The notes under the pieces were generated by a model. The model made no database searches and was not told the origin of the DNA. It saw only the letters and a program-made list of their open reading frames with translations. 64,000 bases of DNA, from positions 64,001 through 128,000 of IMG/VR virus record IMGVR_UViG_3300030108_005940, one strand, 5' to 3'. Shown in pieces: positions 9,132 to 18,297 of the stretch. The position numbers were made by a program, and so were the translations under genes. The stretch's first letter is position 1. The number at the start of each line of letters is the position of its first letter. Origin of the DNA: a virus.

Positions 9132-10937
9132 TTAAAGTTCCGTATAATCTACCCGAGTTGTTATACCGTTTTCTTTTTCAAGGTATATTACATCCCCGGT
9201 TACAGCTTTAATTGATTCTTTTCGATGTGATATAACAATAGAACATTCATCTAATTCTTCTACCCTATCCTGTAAAATATGGGTAATTAATTCAATACCC
9301 TTTTCATCAAATGATGAATCAAATAACTCATCGTAAATTGCTATGTTGTATTGTACCCCGCCTTGTAGCCTTCTTATATCAGAAAATGTAAACAAGCATG
9401 CAAGATCGATCGACTTTCTTTCTGCGCCTGAAAAATTAAAATAAGAACATACTTTATTTTTTTCGTTTAATATTTCTTCTTCAAAATACTCATTAAAAAT
9501 ACAAATAGAATTAGAATCAAGTCTTTTAAGATAATGTAATAATTTACTATTAAGTAATTCGAGTAGTTTATTAACTATATAAGATTTTACCCCTTCTTCA
9601 GATACAACATACTTTACTATATCCAACTTAGCTAATTCATCTCTATATTTTTTAACTTTCTTTTCTAGCTTATCTACACGTTGTTTTGTTTCTACAATAA
9701 GTGAATCAAAATCAGTATCTGTAGATTCAATAGCTTTTAAGTCACTTTCGAGCTCTTCTTGCCATTTATCTAACTGTTCTATTCGTTGTTCTATATTCTT
9801 TTTATTTTGCTCTTGTAACTTTGCTTCCGATATTTTATTTTGACATTGGCTAATAGCCTTTAAGAACCTGTCTTTTCTTACTCTTAATTCCTTAAGCCCA
9901 TCAGAGTAGTTTTTGATACCGTCAATTGCCTCATGAATATATTCTTTAAGATTTTCTTTTTCTTTAGCTATTAATTCAGCATCGTGCTCTTCCATAGGTC
10001 GAAGACATACTGGACACTTTTCTTCTTCGGTACCCATCTTCTTATATCTTTCTTTTCTTTCAGCAGCTAAAGCCTTATTACGTGCAACAGATTCTAAGTT
10101 AGTTTCAATTTTTAAATCGTAATCTGAAACAGCATCTTCTAGAGAAGATATCTGGGTTTTAACTTTAACAACATCTATTTCTTCAATTTCATTAAGTTCT
10201 TTTTTGAGATTTTCTTTTTCTTCGGTATTATCTTCTTGACGACCAAGGTATTTTTCTTTTTTATTTTTTCTTGTTTCCAAGATTCGTTGTTTTTGATCTT
10301 CATAATTTTTATATGCTTTATCTATTTCTTCTAACTTAGTTAGCTGTGTATCATGCTCACGTGAGATTTCATTATATTCGTTTCTCAAAGCTGTTAACAT
10401 TGTACTAAAAACCTCCATACCAAAAATATCCTCAATAAACTTTCGCTTTTCAATTTTATTTTTAGCCATAAAAGGAACTGCATTATTTACCGTCATAATT
10501 ACACAGTTTTGAAAGATAGAAGGTGATGCACTTAATACACTATTAATATAAGCGGTAGTATTCTTGATACTATCACGTGTTCTATCAACACCATCTTTAA
10601 AAATTAAAACTTTTGAAGGAGATAAAGTTCGAATAATCTTATAATTGTTTTTACCTCGAGGTGAATCTAATTCAAAGTCTAATTCAATATGAGTTTTACC
10701 ATTAGTAAGATTATTAGGTATTAAGTCTTTTTTTAACTCACGCAACGTTTCACCAAATATAGCAAAATATAAAGCATCTGCTATTGTACTTTTACCAATA
10801 GCGTTTCTACGATCAGGTTTGTCTTTATTTTTACCAGTTATAACATGTAGACCTTTACTGAATTCTACAGTAACAGGATCTTCACCTACAGATAAAAAAT
10901 TTACTATGCTAAGTTTCTTAAAGTTTACTTTTTTCAT
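9132..10937 (-). CDS. gp46: SbcC/Rad50-like recombination ATPase (gp46)
   Basis: NFLS, Walker A NAIGKST, CPVC zinc hook, FSGAE signature, DE-FDSS-D, ISH. Confidence 0.93.
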   Translation of the reverse strand: MKKVNFKKLSIVNFLSVGEDPVTVEFSKGLHVITGKNKDKPDRRNAIGKSTIADALYFAIFGETLRELKKDLIPNNLTNGKTHIELDFELDSPRGKNNYKIIRTLSPSKVLIFKDGVDRTRDSIKNTTAYINSVLSASPSIFQNCVIMTVNNAVPFMAKNKIEKRKFIEDIFGMEVFSTMLTALRNEYNEISREHDTQLTKLEEIDKAYKNYEDQKQRILETRKNKKEKYLGRQEDNTEEKENLKKELNEIEEIDVVKVKTQISSLEDAVSDYDLKIETNLESVARNKALAAERKERYKKMGTEEEKCPVCLRPMEEHDAELIAKEKENLKEYIHEAIDGIKNYSDGLKELRVRKDRFLKAISQCQNKISEAKLQEQNKKNIEQRIEQLDKWQEELESDLKAIESTDTDFDSLIVETKQRVDKLEKKVKKYRDELAKLDIVKYVVSEEGVKSYIVNKLLELLNSKLLHYLKRLDSNSICIFNEYFEEEILNEKNKVCSYFNFSGAERKSIDLACLFTFSDIRRLQGGVQYNIAIYDELFDSSFDEKGIELITHILQDRVEELDECSIVISHRKESIKAVTGDVIYLEKENGITTRVDYTEL

Positions 10938-11967
10938 ATAAACCAAGAGTATATTTGATTATCTCTTTTTTATTCTTAATTTCAAGTAGATTTACAAACT
11001 CTTCAATTGCCTGTGGTATATCAATACCAGATAAATCTTCTTTATTATCTGTATCATCAATTAAACGGTTAAAATTTATATCATAATCTACAGTTAACGC
11101 TTCTGGCTTAAGTAAGGTTAACTTTTTAATTAATATATCCATATCTGCTTGTGATATGTTCATATCGACTTTAAGTCGTGCTATATTACCAGCAAAATCG
11201 TTTATAATTTTGTTAGTAATTGACCCTTCGTGTACAAGTTCACTAAGAGGTACTTTTTTATATGATGGTGATATATTATTAGGTGTAAAATTATACTGTA
11301 GAGTATCAAAATCTAAAATATAATAACCCTTACCGTTACCTGCGTCACCGAAGTCCATTTGAAACGGGTTACCTACGTATAATATTGTACCTTTACCAAA
11401 TTTTTTTTCATGTCTAGTATGAAAATGACCAGAAATTATTAATGGACTCTTCTTAAGCAAGTCTTTTACTTTAAGTCCCTCTTCACAAACCTTATAAGAG
11501 TTCATCTTGAAAGTTTCTATCTCAAAATGACCAAAGATAACGTCACTTTCAGGTACATCTTTTATGTTTGTATTCCAAGGGCAGAATGTAATGGTCCGAT
11601 CAAAAGCTTCAATCGTATCAAAGGTATCTAATATAGTTACATTTTTACGTTTTTTAAATATTGATAATGAATTAACATCTGTTCTATGCTTATAATATAT
11701 GTCATGGTTACCGGTAATTGCAATAATATTAAAATCACATAGGATATCTAATATATCTGCAGAAACCTGTAATGTATTAACTGATATCTCACTTCTATTA
11801 TGATGCCAATCACCACAGAAGATTATATCTTTGATATTTTTTCTCTTACACTCTTCTTTAAACCAGTGAGCCCATTCAATAGCATAACCGTGCCAGTCAG
11901 AACTATTCGAATGAACACCTAAATGAAGATCAGAAAAAATAGCAACCTTTGGCTTATTGATCTTCAA
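10918..11967 (-). CDS. gp47: SbcD/Mre11-like recombination nuclease (gp47)
   Basis: SDLHLG, GD, GNHD, GHF, SGHFH metallophosphoesterase motifs; next to gp46. Confidence 0.93.
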   Translation of the reverse strand: MKINKPKVAIFSDLHLGVHSNSSDWHGYAIEWAHWFKEECKRKNIKDIIFCGDWHHNRSEISVNTLQVSADILDILCDFNIIAITGNHDIYYKHRTDVNSLSIFKKRKNVTILDTFDTIEAFDRTITFCPWNTNIKDVPESDVIFGHFEIETFKMNSYKVCEEGLKVKDLLKKSPLIISGHFHTRHEKKFGKGTILYVGNPFQMDFGDAGNGKGYYILDFDTLQYNFTPNNISPSYKKVPLSELVHEGSITNKIINDFAGNIARLKVDMNISQADMDILIKKLTLLKPEALTVDYDINFNRLIDDTDNKEDLSGIDIPQAIEEFVNLLEIKNKKEIIKYTLGLYEKSKL

Positions 11968-12394
11968 ATAAATTTTCCTCGTCTGGGGGTTTTACATAAA
12001 CATGCCCGTGTGTATTTTCTGGATTAGACATAAAATCTTCATAAACGCGTTCTCTATACTTAGTAACAGCTTCATGATGCTTCTTTTCTTTTTTTATACG
12101 GTTAATAAATGCATGATATGCTATTGTAGTAAAATATGAAAAGGGGTTAGTTGCTTTATCAAAATTAAACTTTTTATGCTTTAAAGCAGAATACATTTTA
12201 ATGAGAGCATCTCCTATCATATCATCTTTATATGTATAATTGATAAAAGATGCATTATAGCTTAAGCCATATGCAATCTTTTTAATGTTTTCAGCTAAAT
12301 CATCAGTAAGAATATCTGAATCATAGTATTTTCTTAAAGACTCTTTAAAGACTTTCGGTTCTATATAATATGGTTTTTTCTCTTTTGCGGCCAT
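11954..12394 (-). CDS. gp55: Late sigma factor (gp55)
   Basis: FINYTYKDDMIGDA, NPFSYFTTIAYHAFINRIKKEKK. Confidence 0.92.
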   Translation of the reverse strand: MAAKEKKPYYIEPKVFKESLRKYYDSDILTDDLAENIKKIAYGLSYNASFINYTYKDDMIGDALIKMYSALKHKKFNFDKATNPFSYFTTIAYHAFINRIKKEKKHHEAVTKYRERVYEDFMSNPENTHGHVYVKPPDEENLFEDQ

Positions 12395-12401
12395 TTGTTA
12401 A

Positions 12402-12429
12402 ATTATAATATAAAAATTCTATTTTTCAA
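12402..12429 (-). promoter_or_regulatory. Sigma70-type promoter TTGAAA-N16-TATAAT, 7 nt before the gp55 ATG
   Basis: attata 12402-12407 and tttcaa 12424-12429 on the plus strand. Confidence 0.7.
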
Positions 12430-13852
12430 CAATATTAGTTTCTGTGTATTTTATCTTCTCTGTTTCGTAAATTTCTTTACGCTTTACACAATGACGTAAA
12501 CCATATCTTAGCTTATCACATATATCAAATATAATAAGCTTGTTTTTTGAAGCATGTTTACGTAATCCACGACCTACTGACTGAACTGTACGTATAAACG
12601 ACTTTCCTCCTGCAGCAAATATAATATTATGTATATTTTTGATATTAACTCCAGTCGAAAATATAGAACTCATTGCTACACATATAACATTATCATCTTT
12701 TTCCATTATCCTCTTTATATCTTCGCGTGTTTCTACTTCTACTTCACCTCTTATAAAGTAAATTTGCTTATTTTTACATTGTGTCAGATATTCAGATAGA
12801 TTTACTCCGTGAGAGATATGATTAACAAGTATAAGGGTGTTATTCTCAAGCTTAGAGCATAATTTAGTAATAAAGTCGTTTCTAAAATGACTTTCGTAGA
12901 TATAATCTAGCTCTTCTCTATAAGCATTATCAGAAAGATAACGTGGAGGTGTGTTATACTCGAGATTTAACACCTTTACATTAACATTTGCTAAGTAATC
13001 TTCTAATCTAAGTTCATAACTCGATTTTTCATATATAACTGGACCTAATTTACCTATAATTGACCATTTATCTAGGTTATTCTCTGGAAGTGTACCTGTA
13101 AACCCATACTTGTTATGTGTTTTTATCTTAGATACAATTTTACTAATTTTATTTGATGATTTTATCTTATGACACTCATCAACAATTAGTAAATCTACAT
13201 ATTTTAACCAATCACTACTATCAAATTGACTCTGAACTATACCTATATTACAAATTATTACATTAGCAGTTAAGTCTGGTTTAGTTTTACCTGTCCATTT
13301 AGTTAATTTGAAGGTAGTACCACAGTTTAAAAACTCATCATATGTTTGAGATACCAATCCTAAATCAGGTACTAACATAATACACTTAAAAGTATCTTTA
13401 TCTTTACTATCTCTGAAGTAATTTTCAATAAGAGCGGCAGTCGTAAACGTTTTACCAGCACCTGTACCTAATACACACGTACCTCTACCTAATTTTAGTG
13501 CTTTTTTAACAACATCTTCTTGATACTCCCTTAGATTAAATGTAAAATTTTTAAATAATTCTATATTCTTACCAACTTTTAATATTTTTTGAAGCTTTTC
13601 ACTAACTTCAATATCTACTTTAACTTGCTCCTTAATAAGATATTGTCTTATTTCCCAATATAAACCTATTTCACAAGCACCTGTACCTGTTATTGCATAT
13701 TTTCTTCTAGCTGCAAAGCGACCTCTATATCTCGCAAAACGAGCTCCATCATTCTCTACACTAAAATGCTCTCTTATACGATCAAATAGATCTTTATCTT
13801 CAGATCTAAATTGTATCTTACGCGTACTTGAGTTATAATCAAAAGTTAACAT
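12419..13852 (-). CDS. uvsW: SF2 DNA helicase UvsW
   Basis: LREYQ, GTGAGKT, DECH, GFTGT, STGVNI, QSVGRGLR. Confidence 0.92.
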   Translation of the reverse strand: MLTFDYNSSTRKIQFRSEDKDLFDRIREHFSVENDGARFARYRGRFAARRKYAITGTGACEIGLYWEIRQYLIKEQVKVDIEVSEKLQKILKVGKNIELFKNFTFNLREYQEDVVKKALKLGRGTCVLGTGAGKTFTTAALIENYFRDSKDKDTFKCIMLVPDLGLVSQTYDEFLNCGTTFKLTKWTGKTKPDLTANVIICNIGIVQSQFDSSDWLKYVDLLIVDECHKIKSSNKISKIVSKIKTHNKYGFTGTLPENNLDKWSIIGKLGPVIYEKSSYELRLEDYLANVNVKVLNLEYNTPPRYLSDNAYREELDYIYESHFRNDFITKLCSKLENNTLILVNHISHGVNLSEYLTQCKNKQIYFIRGEVEVETREDIKRIMEKDDNVICVAMSSIFSTGVNIKNIHNIIFAAGGKSFIRTVQSVGRGLRKHASKNKLIIFDICDKLRYGLRHCVKRKEIYETEKIKYTETNIVEK

Positions 13853-14247
13853 TATAGTTGCTCCATCTTATTAATATCAACGATGTTTTTTATCTCCCAA
13901 TGCATATTACTAAAGATTTTTTCAACCTTTTCAAGATATTCAATAATAGCATCTAATTCCCCTATATTATCATTAAGATCAGCTATTGATTCATGCTTTT
14001 CTGCTGCTGACTCTGCTGCTGATTGTGTAATTCTTACTGGGGAATCAGTAATAACTTTTTTAACTACCTCTTTTTTAAGTTTTTTCTTTTTACTAATAAA
14101 AACATTACGTTTAACTTTTGCATCCATAAGTCTTGCTACCCAGAAATGCTTTCGAGCAGGTAGTCTCATTTGAGCTTCTTTTAGATTAAAATCATCAAGT
14201 ACAAAATCTTGACCAATTTCATCGATGTACTTTTTTAGCAATTCCAT
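13852..14247 (-). CDS. uvsY: UvsY-like recombination mediator
   Basis: Size, helical character, C-terminal WEIKNIV pattern, and position next to uvsW. Confidence 0.65.
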   Translation of the reverse strand: MELLKKYIDEIGQDFVLDDFNLKEAQMRLPARKHFWVARLMDAKVKRNVFISKKKKLKKEVVKKVITDSPVRITQSAAESAAEKHESIADLNDNIGELDAIIEYLEKVEKIFSNMHWEIKNIVDINKMEQL

Positions 14248-14253
14248 CTTTAT

Positions 14254-14281
14254 ATTATAAATATAATTACAATGGAATCAA
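14254..14281. promoter_or_regulatory. Overlapping divergent promoters: sigma70-type for uvsY (minus) and late TATAAATA (14256-14263, plus)
   Basis: attata 14254-14259 and aatcaa 14276-14281 (N16 spacing); TATAAATA 8 nt before ATG 14272. Confidence 0.65.
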
Positions 14282-14682
14282 CAGGTAGATTTGAACAGCT
14301 ATTTTTAAAAATATTAAAAGAGGATATAGATTCTAGTGCATTTGGTGATGGTCCTTCAATGCATGATATATATACTCCAAGCGAACCTAATTCAAAAGAT
14401 GGGTATGCACCTGGTGATGCAAGAATACCTAAAATTTTAGGTAAAGGTAAAATTCAAACTCGTAAAGGTTTAGCTGGTAAAAAGAAGAGAGATAAAAATA
14501 AAGGAATTAATTATTTAACTGGGGAAGAGAATGAAGAAGATTTACCGGAAGAAGATGCAGAAAAGAAAAAAGCAGATAGATGTAAGCGTAAAGCTGATTC
14601 TGTATATGGAAAAAAGACTTCAGCATATAAATCAGGAGCTATAGTAAGATGCAGAAGTGGTAAAATATGGAAAAAGAAATGA
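14272..14682 (+). CDS. Putative internal head protein with C-terminal basic Cys module
   Basis: N-terminal FEQLFLKILKE; EEDAE linker then KKKADRCKRKA...SAYKSGAIVRCR. Confidence 0.55.
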   Translation: MESTGRFEQLFLKILKEDIDSSAFGDGPSMHDIYTPSEPNSKDGYAPGDARIPKILGKGKIQTRKGLAGKKKRDKNKGINYLTGEENEEDLPEEDAEKKKADRCKRKADSVYGKKTSAYKSGAIVRCRSGKIWKKK

Positions 14683-15113
14683 GTATGTCACAAAGAGAAA
14701 TTCTTGAAGCTAGTGACTCACTACGTCAGTGGTTTGATAGAGGTGGTACTGATCCTAAAACTGGTAAAAAGTTTAAAGGTTGGGTAAATTGTAAGACCGG
14801 AGGACCCTGTGGTCGTAAATCTAAAAAATCTGGTGGTAGCTACCCGGCTTGTCGTCCAACTAAAGCAGCTTGTAAAAGTATTAAAGGTAAGATGTACAAG
14901 AAGAAAGGACCGAAGCGTGTTAACTGGAAGAATAAAAAGAAAAAGAGTGAAAATGCTGAAGATGTACATAAGCCTGTTAAGCCTGGTATCTTAAAGAGTC
15001 GACTAGGTAAACTATCTTGTAGTAAAGTAAGAGGTGCAAAAGGTAAACTTAAAAATAAGGGTACACATTATGCAAAAGCTCTACAGCGTTATTTAAATTA
15101 TCACTGTCAGTAA
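14679..15113 (+). CDS. Basic Cys-rich protein (DUF5872-like), putative internal head protein
   Basis: LRQWF...GWVNCKTGGPCGR...YPACRP; ENAE linker then a second basic module; ATGA overlap gives the start at 14679. Confidence 0.55.
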   Translation: MSMSQREILEASDSLRQWFDRGGTDPKTGKKFKGWVNCKTGGPCGRKSKKSGGSYPACRPTKAACKSIKGKMYKKKGPKRVNWKNKKKKSENAEDVHKPVKPGILKSRLGKLSCSKVRGAKGKLKNKGTHYAKALQRYLNYHCQ

Positions 15114-15124
15114 TAAATAATATT

Positions 15125-15589
15125 ATGCAATTCGACGAACTAGTAAAACACCTCTTAAAAGAAAACTGGAAACGAGGAACCTCAAAGTCTCCTAAGGGTA
15201 AATCATTTGATATGTCGAGAGGAGGAGCTCCTAGCAATGTAGATGCTGCAAGTGACGGTTCTGGTGGTAGGTATAGACGTACACGACCTCCAAGCGCACC
15301 ATCTAAGAAGACACACGGTGAGATGGAAGAAGAACCAGAAGAAGATGCTGAAAAGGTAGACAAAGATCGTATGAAGTGTAATAGTCCTCGTCGTACTTCA
15401 GGTGGTTCTAAGAAATTCGTTGTTAAAGCTTGTAAAGATGGTAAAGAAAAGATTGTACGCTTTGGGGATCCGAATATGAAGATCAAAAAGAGCAATCCAA
15501 AGCGTAGAAAGTCATTCCGCGCACGTCATAAGTGTGATCAGAAGAAAGATAAGTTCTCTGCTGGTTACTGGTCTTGTAAAAAGTGGTAG
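15125..15589 (+). CDS. Basic protein (DUF6321-like C-terminal module), putative internal head protein
   Basis: EEDAE linker then KKFVVK...VRFGDPNMKIKKSNPKRRKSFRARHKC...AGYWSCKKW; late promoter. Confidence 0.6.
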   Translation: MQFDELVKHLLKENWKRGTSKSPKGKSFDMSRGGAPSNVDAASDGSGGRYRRTRPPSAPSKKTHGEMEEEPEEDAEKVDKDRMKCNSPRRTSGGSKKFVVKACKDGKEKIVRFGDPNMKIKKSNPKRRKSFRARHKCDQKKDKFSAGYWSCKKW

Positions 15590-15981
15590 ATTTGGGTCAT
15601 TGGGAGGGGGTTCTAGAAGAAAGTACGGACCTACCTTACGGTTTCATTTATAAGATAACTAATCTTACTAATGACAAGAAGTATATTGGTAAAAAACAGT
15701 GCCAGTCAATAAGAAAGCGTCCCCCTTTGAAGGGTAAAAAGAATAAACGTCATGAAAGAATAGAAACTGACTGGAAGACTTACACATCTTCATCAAATGA
15801 GCTTAATAAAGACTTAGAACAGTTAGGAAAGGATAATTTTAAGTTTGAAATACTTAGATGGTGTGATTCCAAGTGGGAGTTGAGTTATTACGAAGCTAGA
15901 TTACAATTTAAAGAAGAAGTATTGCTACGTAATGACTACTATAACGGAATCATCAATGTCAGAATCGGAGGACGTAAGTGA
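15583..15981 (+). CDS. GIY-YIG family nuclease-like protein
   Basis: YGFIYKITNLTNDKKYIGKK...FKFEIL...E...YYN. Confidence 0.75.
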   Translation: MVDLGHWEGVLEESTDLPYGFIYKITNLTNDKKYIGKKQCQSIRKRPPLKGKKNKRHERIETDWKTYTSSSNELNKDLEQLGKDNFKFEILRWCDSKWELSYYEARLQFKEEVLLRNDYYNGIINVRIGGRK

Positions 15982-16426
15982 TCCTATACGTGGTTTTGAG
16001 TTTATTAACCTTAACAAGTGTTTAGCAAGGTCTTTTAACCAATATTTGTTGTATATTACTGAAAACGAGCTTAAATTAACAAGAAAAGATAAGAATAAGC
16101 TTGGTATACACTTTATTATTAAAGAAATAGTTAAGGTTTGCTCTAAAACTAGTAACAGAAAGTGGTTTTATTATAAGACCAATATTAAAACAATAGAATA
16201 TACCCTAGTAAAGCGTATTTTTAATGCACTACCTACTAATATTACATACAGTAAAGAAGATTTTACTACATTCTTAGATGAAAGAGACTATATCTCTTTT
16301 AATAAAAAAGACAAATCAGCAGTTTCATTTTATAAGTTTAGATTATTTCTTAGAAGGTACGAATTACAACAGATTGAAAGTGAGTTTCTATCTAATATAA
16401 ATATAAAACTCTCACTACTTCCATAA
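15932..16426 (+). CDS. Hypothetical protein (start may be 15956)
   Basis: ORF fills the gap between neighbouring genes. Confidence 0.5.
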   Translation: MTTITESSMSESEDVSDPIRGFEFINLNKCLARSFNQYLLYITENELKLTRKDKNKLGIHFIIKEIVKVCSKTSNRKWFYYKTNIKTIEYTLVKRIFNALPTNITYSKEDFTTFLDERDYISFNKKDKSAVSFYKFRLFLRRYELQQIESEFLSNINIKLSLLP

Positions 16427-16434
16427 ATATATAC

Positions 16435-16803
16435 ATGAGTAAGTTTCTTAAGCTGATCGATGAAAATAGACCAGGTATTAATAGTGAGTATGTAATTTCC
16501 ATTCAAGGACCTGCTGAGTTTGAAAATATTAACGTTTCAGGAGATGAATTTACATACGATTTACATGAAAAGATAAAAGCTGTAGTTGAAGGTAGAGCTG
16601 ATATTATAGTTCATGAAGAAGATCAAGAAGGTATTTTGTCGGACAAAGAAAGAGATGCTTTGAAGGTTGCTTCTGAGTTAGTAAAGGAACCTAAAAAGAG
16701 TGCATTTGGTAGGGATCCTAAAAAGGCTCTTCAAAAATCCCTTGGTAAAATGTATAAAGGAATATCAAAAAGAGTGAATGATGTAGCTAAAGATTTATCA
16801 TGA
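16435..16803 (+). CDS. Hypothetical late protein, capsid-targeting-like N-terminus
   Basis: TAAATA-N5-ATG; MSKFLKLIDE; EEDQE linker. Confidence 0.55.
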   Translation: MSKFLKLIDENRPGINSEYVISIQGPAEFENINVSGDEFTYDLHEKIKAVVEGRADIIVHEEDQEGILSDKERDALKVASELVKEPKKSAFGRDPKKALQKSLGKMYKGISKRVNDVAKDLS

Positions 16804-17141
16804 AAAAAACATTAAAATTAATAGAACAACAATTAGCTTTACTTGAGCAGGATGCAGTTGAAGAGGTAGATGTTGATGTTGAAATAGATGATGCAACTAA
16901 TGTTGCGGATATACCAAAATCACCTCGAGGTATTACCCCAGAGGGTGAGGTATATGTAGCTGATTTGTTAACAAACGCTTTTATATACGCACCAAGCATG
17001 GACGATATTAATATTGCTGCAGAATCAAATAAGGTGTTTGGAAGAACAGAACCTAGAAAAGTTATCGAGACAATCGAAAGGTTAGTTGAATTTTCTGATG
17101 AAACTGTTGAGCAAGAACTTGAAGATTTAGACGCACAATAA
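16800..17141 (+). CDS. Hypothetical acidic protein
   Basis: ATGA overlap; N-terminal MKKTLKLIEQQLALLE. Confidence 0.55.
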   Translation: MKKTLKLIEQQLALLEQDAVEEVDVDVEIDDATNVADIPKSPRGITPEGEVYVADLLTNAFIYAPSMDDINIAAESNKVFGRTEPRKVIETIERLVEFSDETVEQELEDLDAQ

Positions 17142-17142
17142 T

Positions 17143-18297
17143 ATGCAGTGGTCATTGGAAGATATCTATAAGAAGCAGGTACGGGGTAAAATTCCTGTGC
17201 GTAAACATCTACGAGTGTTAGGCGAAGATAATCAACAACAATTATTTAGACAATTGACTGGTGGTCAACGTAAAGGTGAAGAAGTTACGGTTTCACAAAA
17301 AGATCAAGAATCTGGTAAATATGATGTTGAGATAGGAGAGACGTTGACATTAACAGATGAAGATGTAGAAAATTTTAATTTATTATCTGATACCGATAAG
17401 CAAAAAATTAAAAAAATGTTAGATAGTAAAAATTTTGCTGGTCTATCTAGAAGCGCACTACACGGTGAAAGTGAAAAATATAAAAACCAGGCATATGAAA
17501 TATTATTAAAAAGCGGTGAATTAACCGGAGATCAATTAGAAAGTGTTTTGAGAGATATTCAAGCTGGAAAAGCAGTAAACGTTAATAAATTAGTAACACC
17601 CGGTAATTATAAGATACGTGATATATTTACTTCAGATGAATCTTTAACAGCTTTTAATTTATTACGTAATATTGGCTCTGGTGATTTACAAAAAGGACCT
17701 GGAGAGGTTGCTTTAGATTTAATGTCTCCGGATATTAACCTTTCTACAAAAGGAGACATTGACATTAATGGTGAACTGTATGAGTTAAAATTAAATGGAG
17801 GTCGTATAAGTGATAAAGCTGGACCAGATCCAAAGAAGATGAAAGATTTAATTGAATCTTATATAGGACCATTTGATTTAGGTCAGCAAGTTTTAAATAT
17901 AGAAAACTTTATTAAATTATTAAACGAAAGAGCTAAAACCAACCCCGATATTAATTTTAAAGAATTAGCTTATAGGGTATTTTCCTCTATCCTTGATGAA
18001 GAGCATTCAATTTCTATAGCAAATTTATTTGAAACTGTACCTTTGAACTTTGATAAAATTAATAATGAAGTAATTAAACAGAGTTTTAACTGGTATAAAG
18101 ATACTAAAGCAGGGACAGATGGTGAGTGGGATAAGCTTATAGGTATTAACACAGCAACTGCTGTACCTGGAGTTGCAGTTGTATCAACAGGAGAAGAATT
18201 TACAAAAGTGCCGCAGAAAAAACTTAACATTAATATTATTCGATCTGGGTCCGGTACCAGAGAAAATTATATAGATTTTTACCCTAAAATTGGATGA
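17143..18297 (+). CDS. Putative PD-(D/E)xK nuclease-like protein
   Basis: KGPGEVAL...GDIDINGELYELK..GGR resembles an E...D...ExK restriction-fold active site. Confidence 0.45.
   Translation: MQWSLEDIYKKQVRGKIPVRKHLRVLGEDNQQQLFRQLTGGQRKGEEVTVSQKDQESGKYDVEIGETLTLTDEDVENFNLLSDTDKQKIKKMLDSKNFAGLSRSALHGESEKYKNQAYEILLKSGELTGDQLESVLRDIQAGKAVNVNKLVTPGNYKIRDIFTSDESLTAFNLLRNIGSGDLQKGPGEVALDLMSPDINLSTKGDIDINGELYELKLNGGRISDKAGPDPKKMKDLIESYIGPFDLGQQVLNIENFIKLLNERAKTNPDINFKELAYRVFSSILDEEHSISIANLFETVPLNFDKINNEVIKQSFNWYKDTKAGTDGEWDKLIGINTATAVPGVAVVSTGEEFTKVPQKKLNINIIRSGSGTRENYIDFYPKIG

Noticed and set aside
15583-15981. Mobile homing endonuclease
   Set aside because: Only a short GIY-YIG catalytic domain without a DNA-binding tail, not inside an intron; mobility cannot be supported
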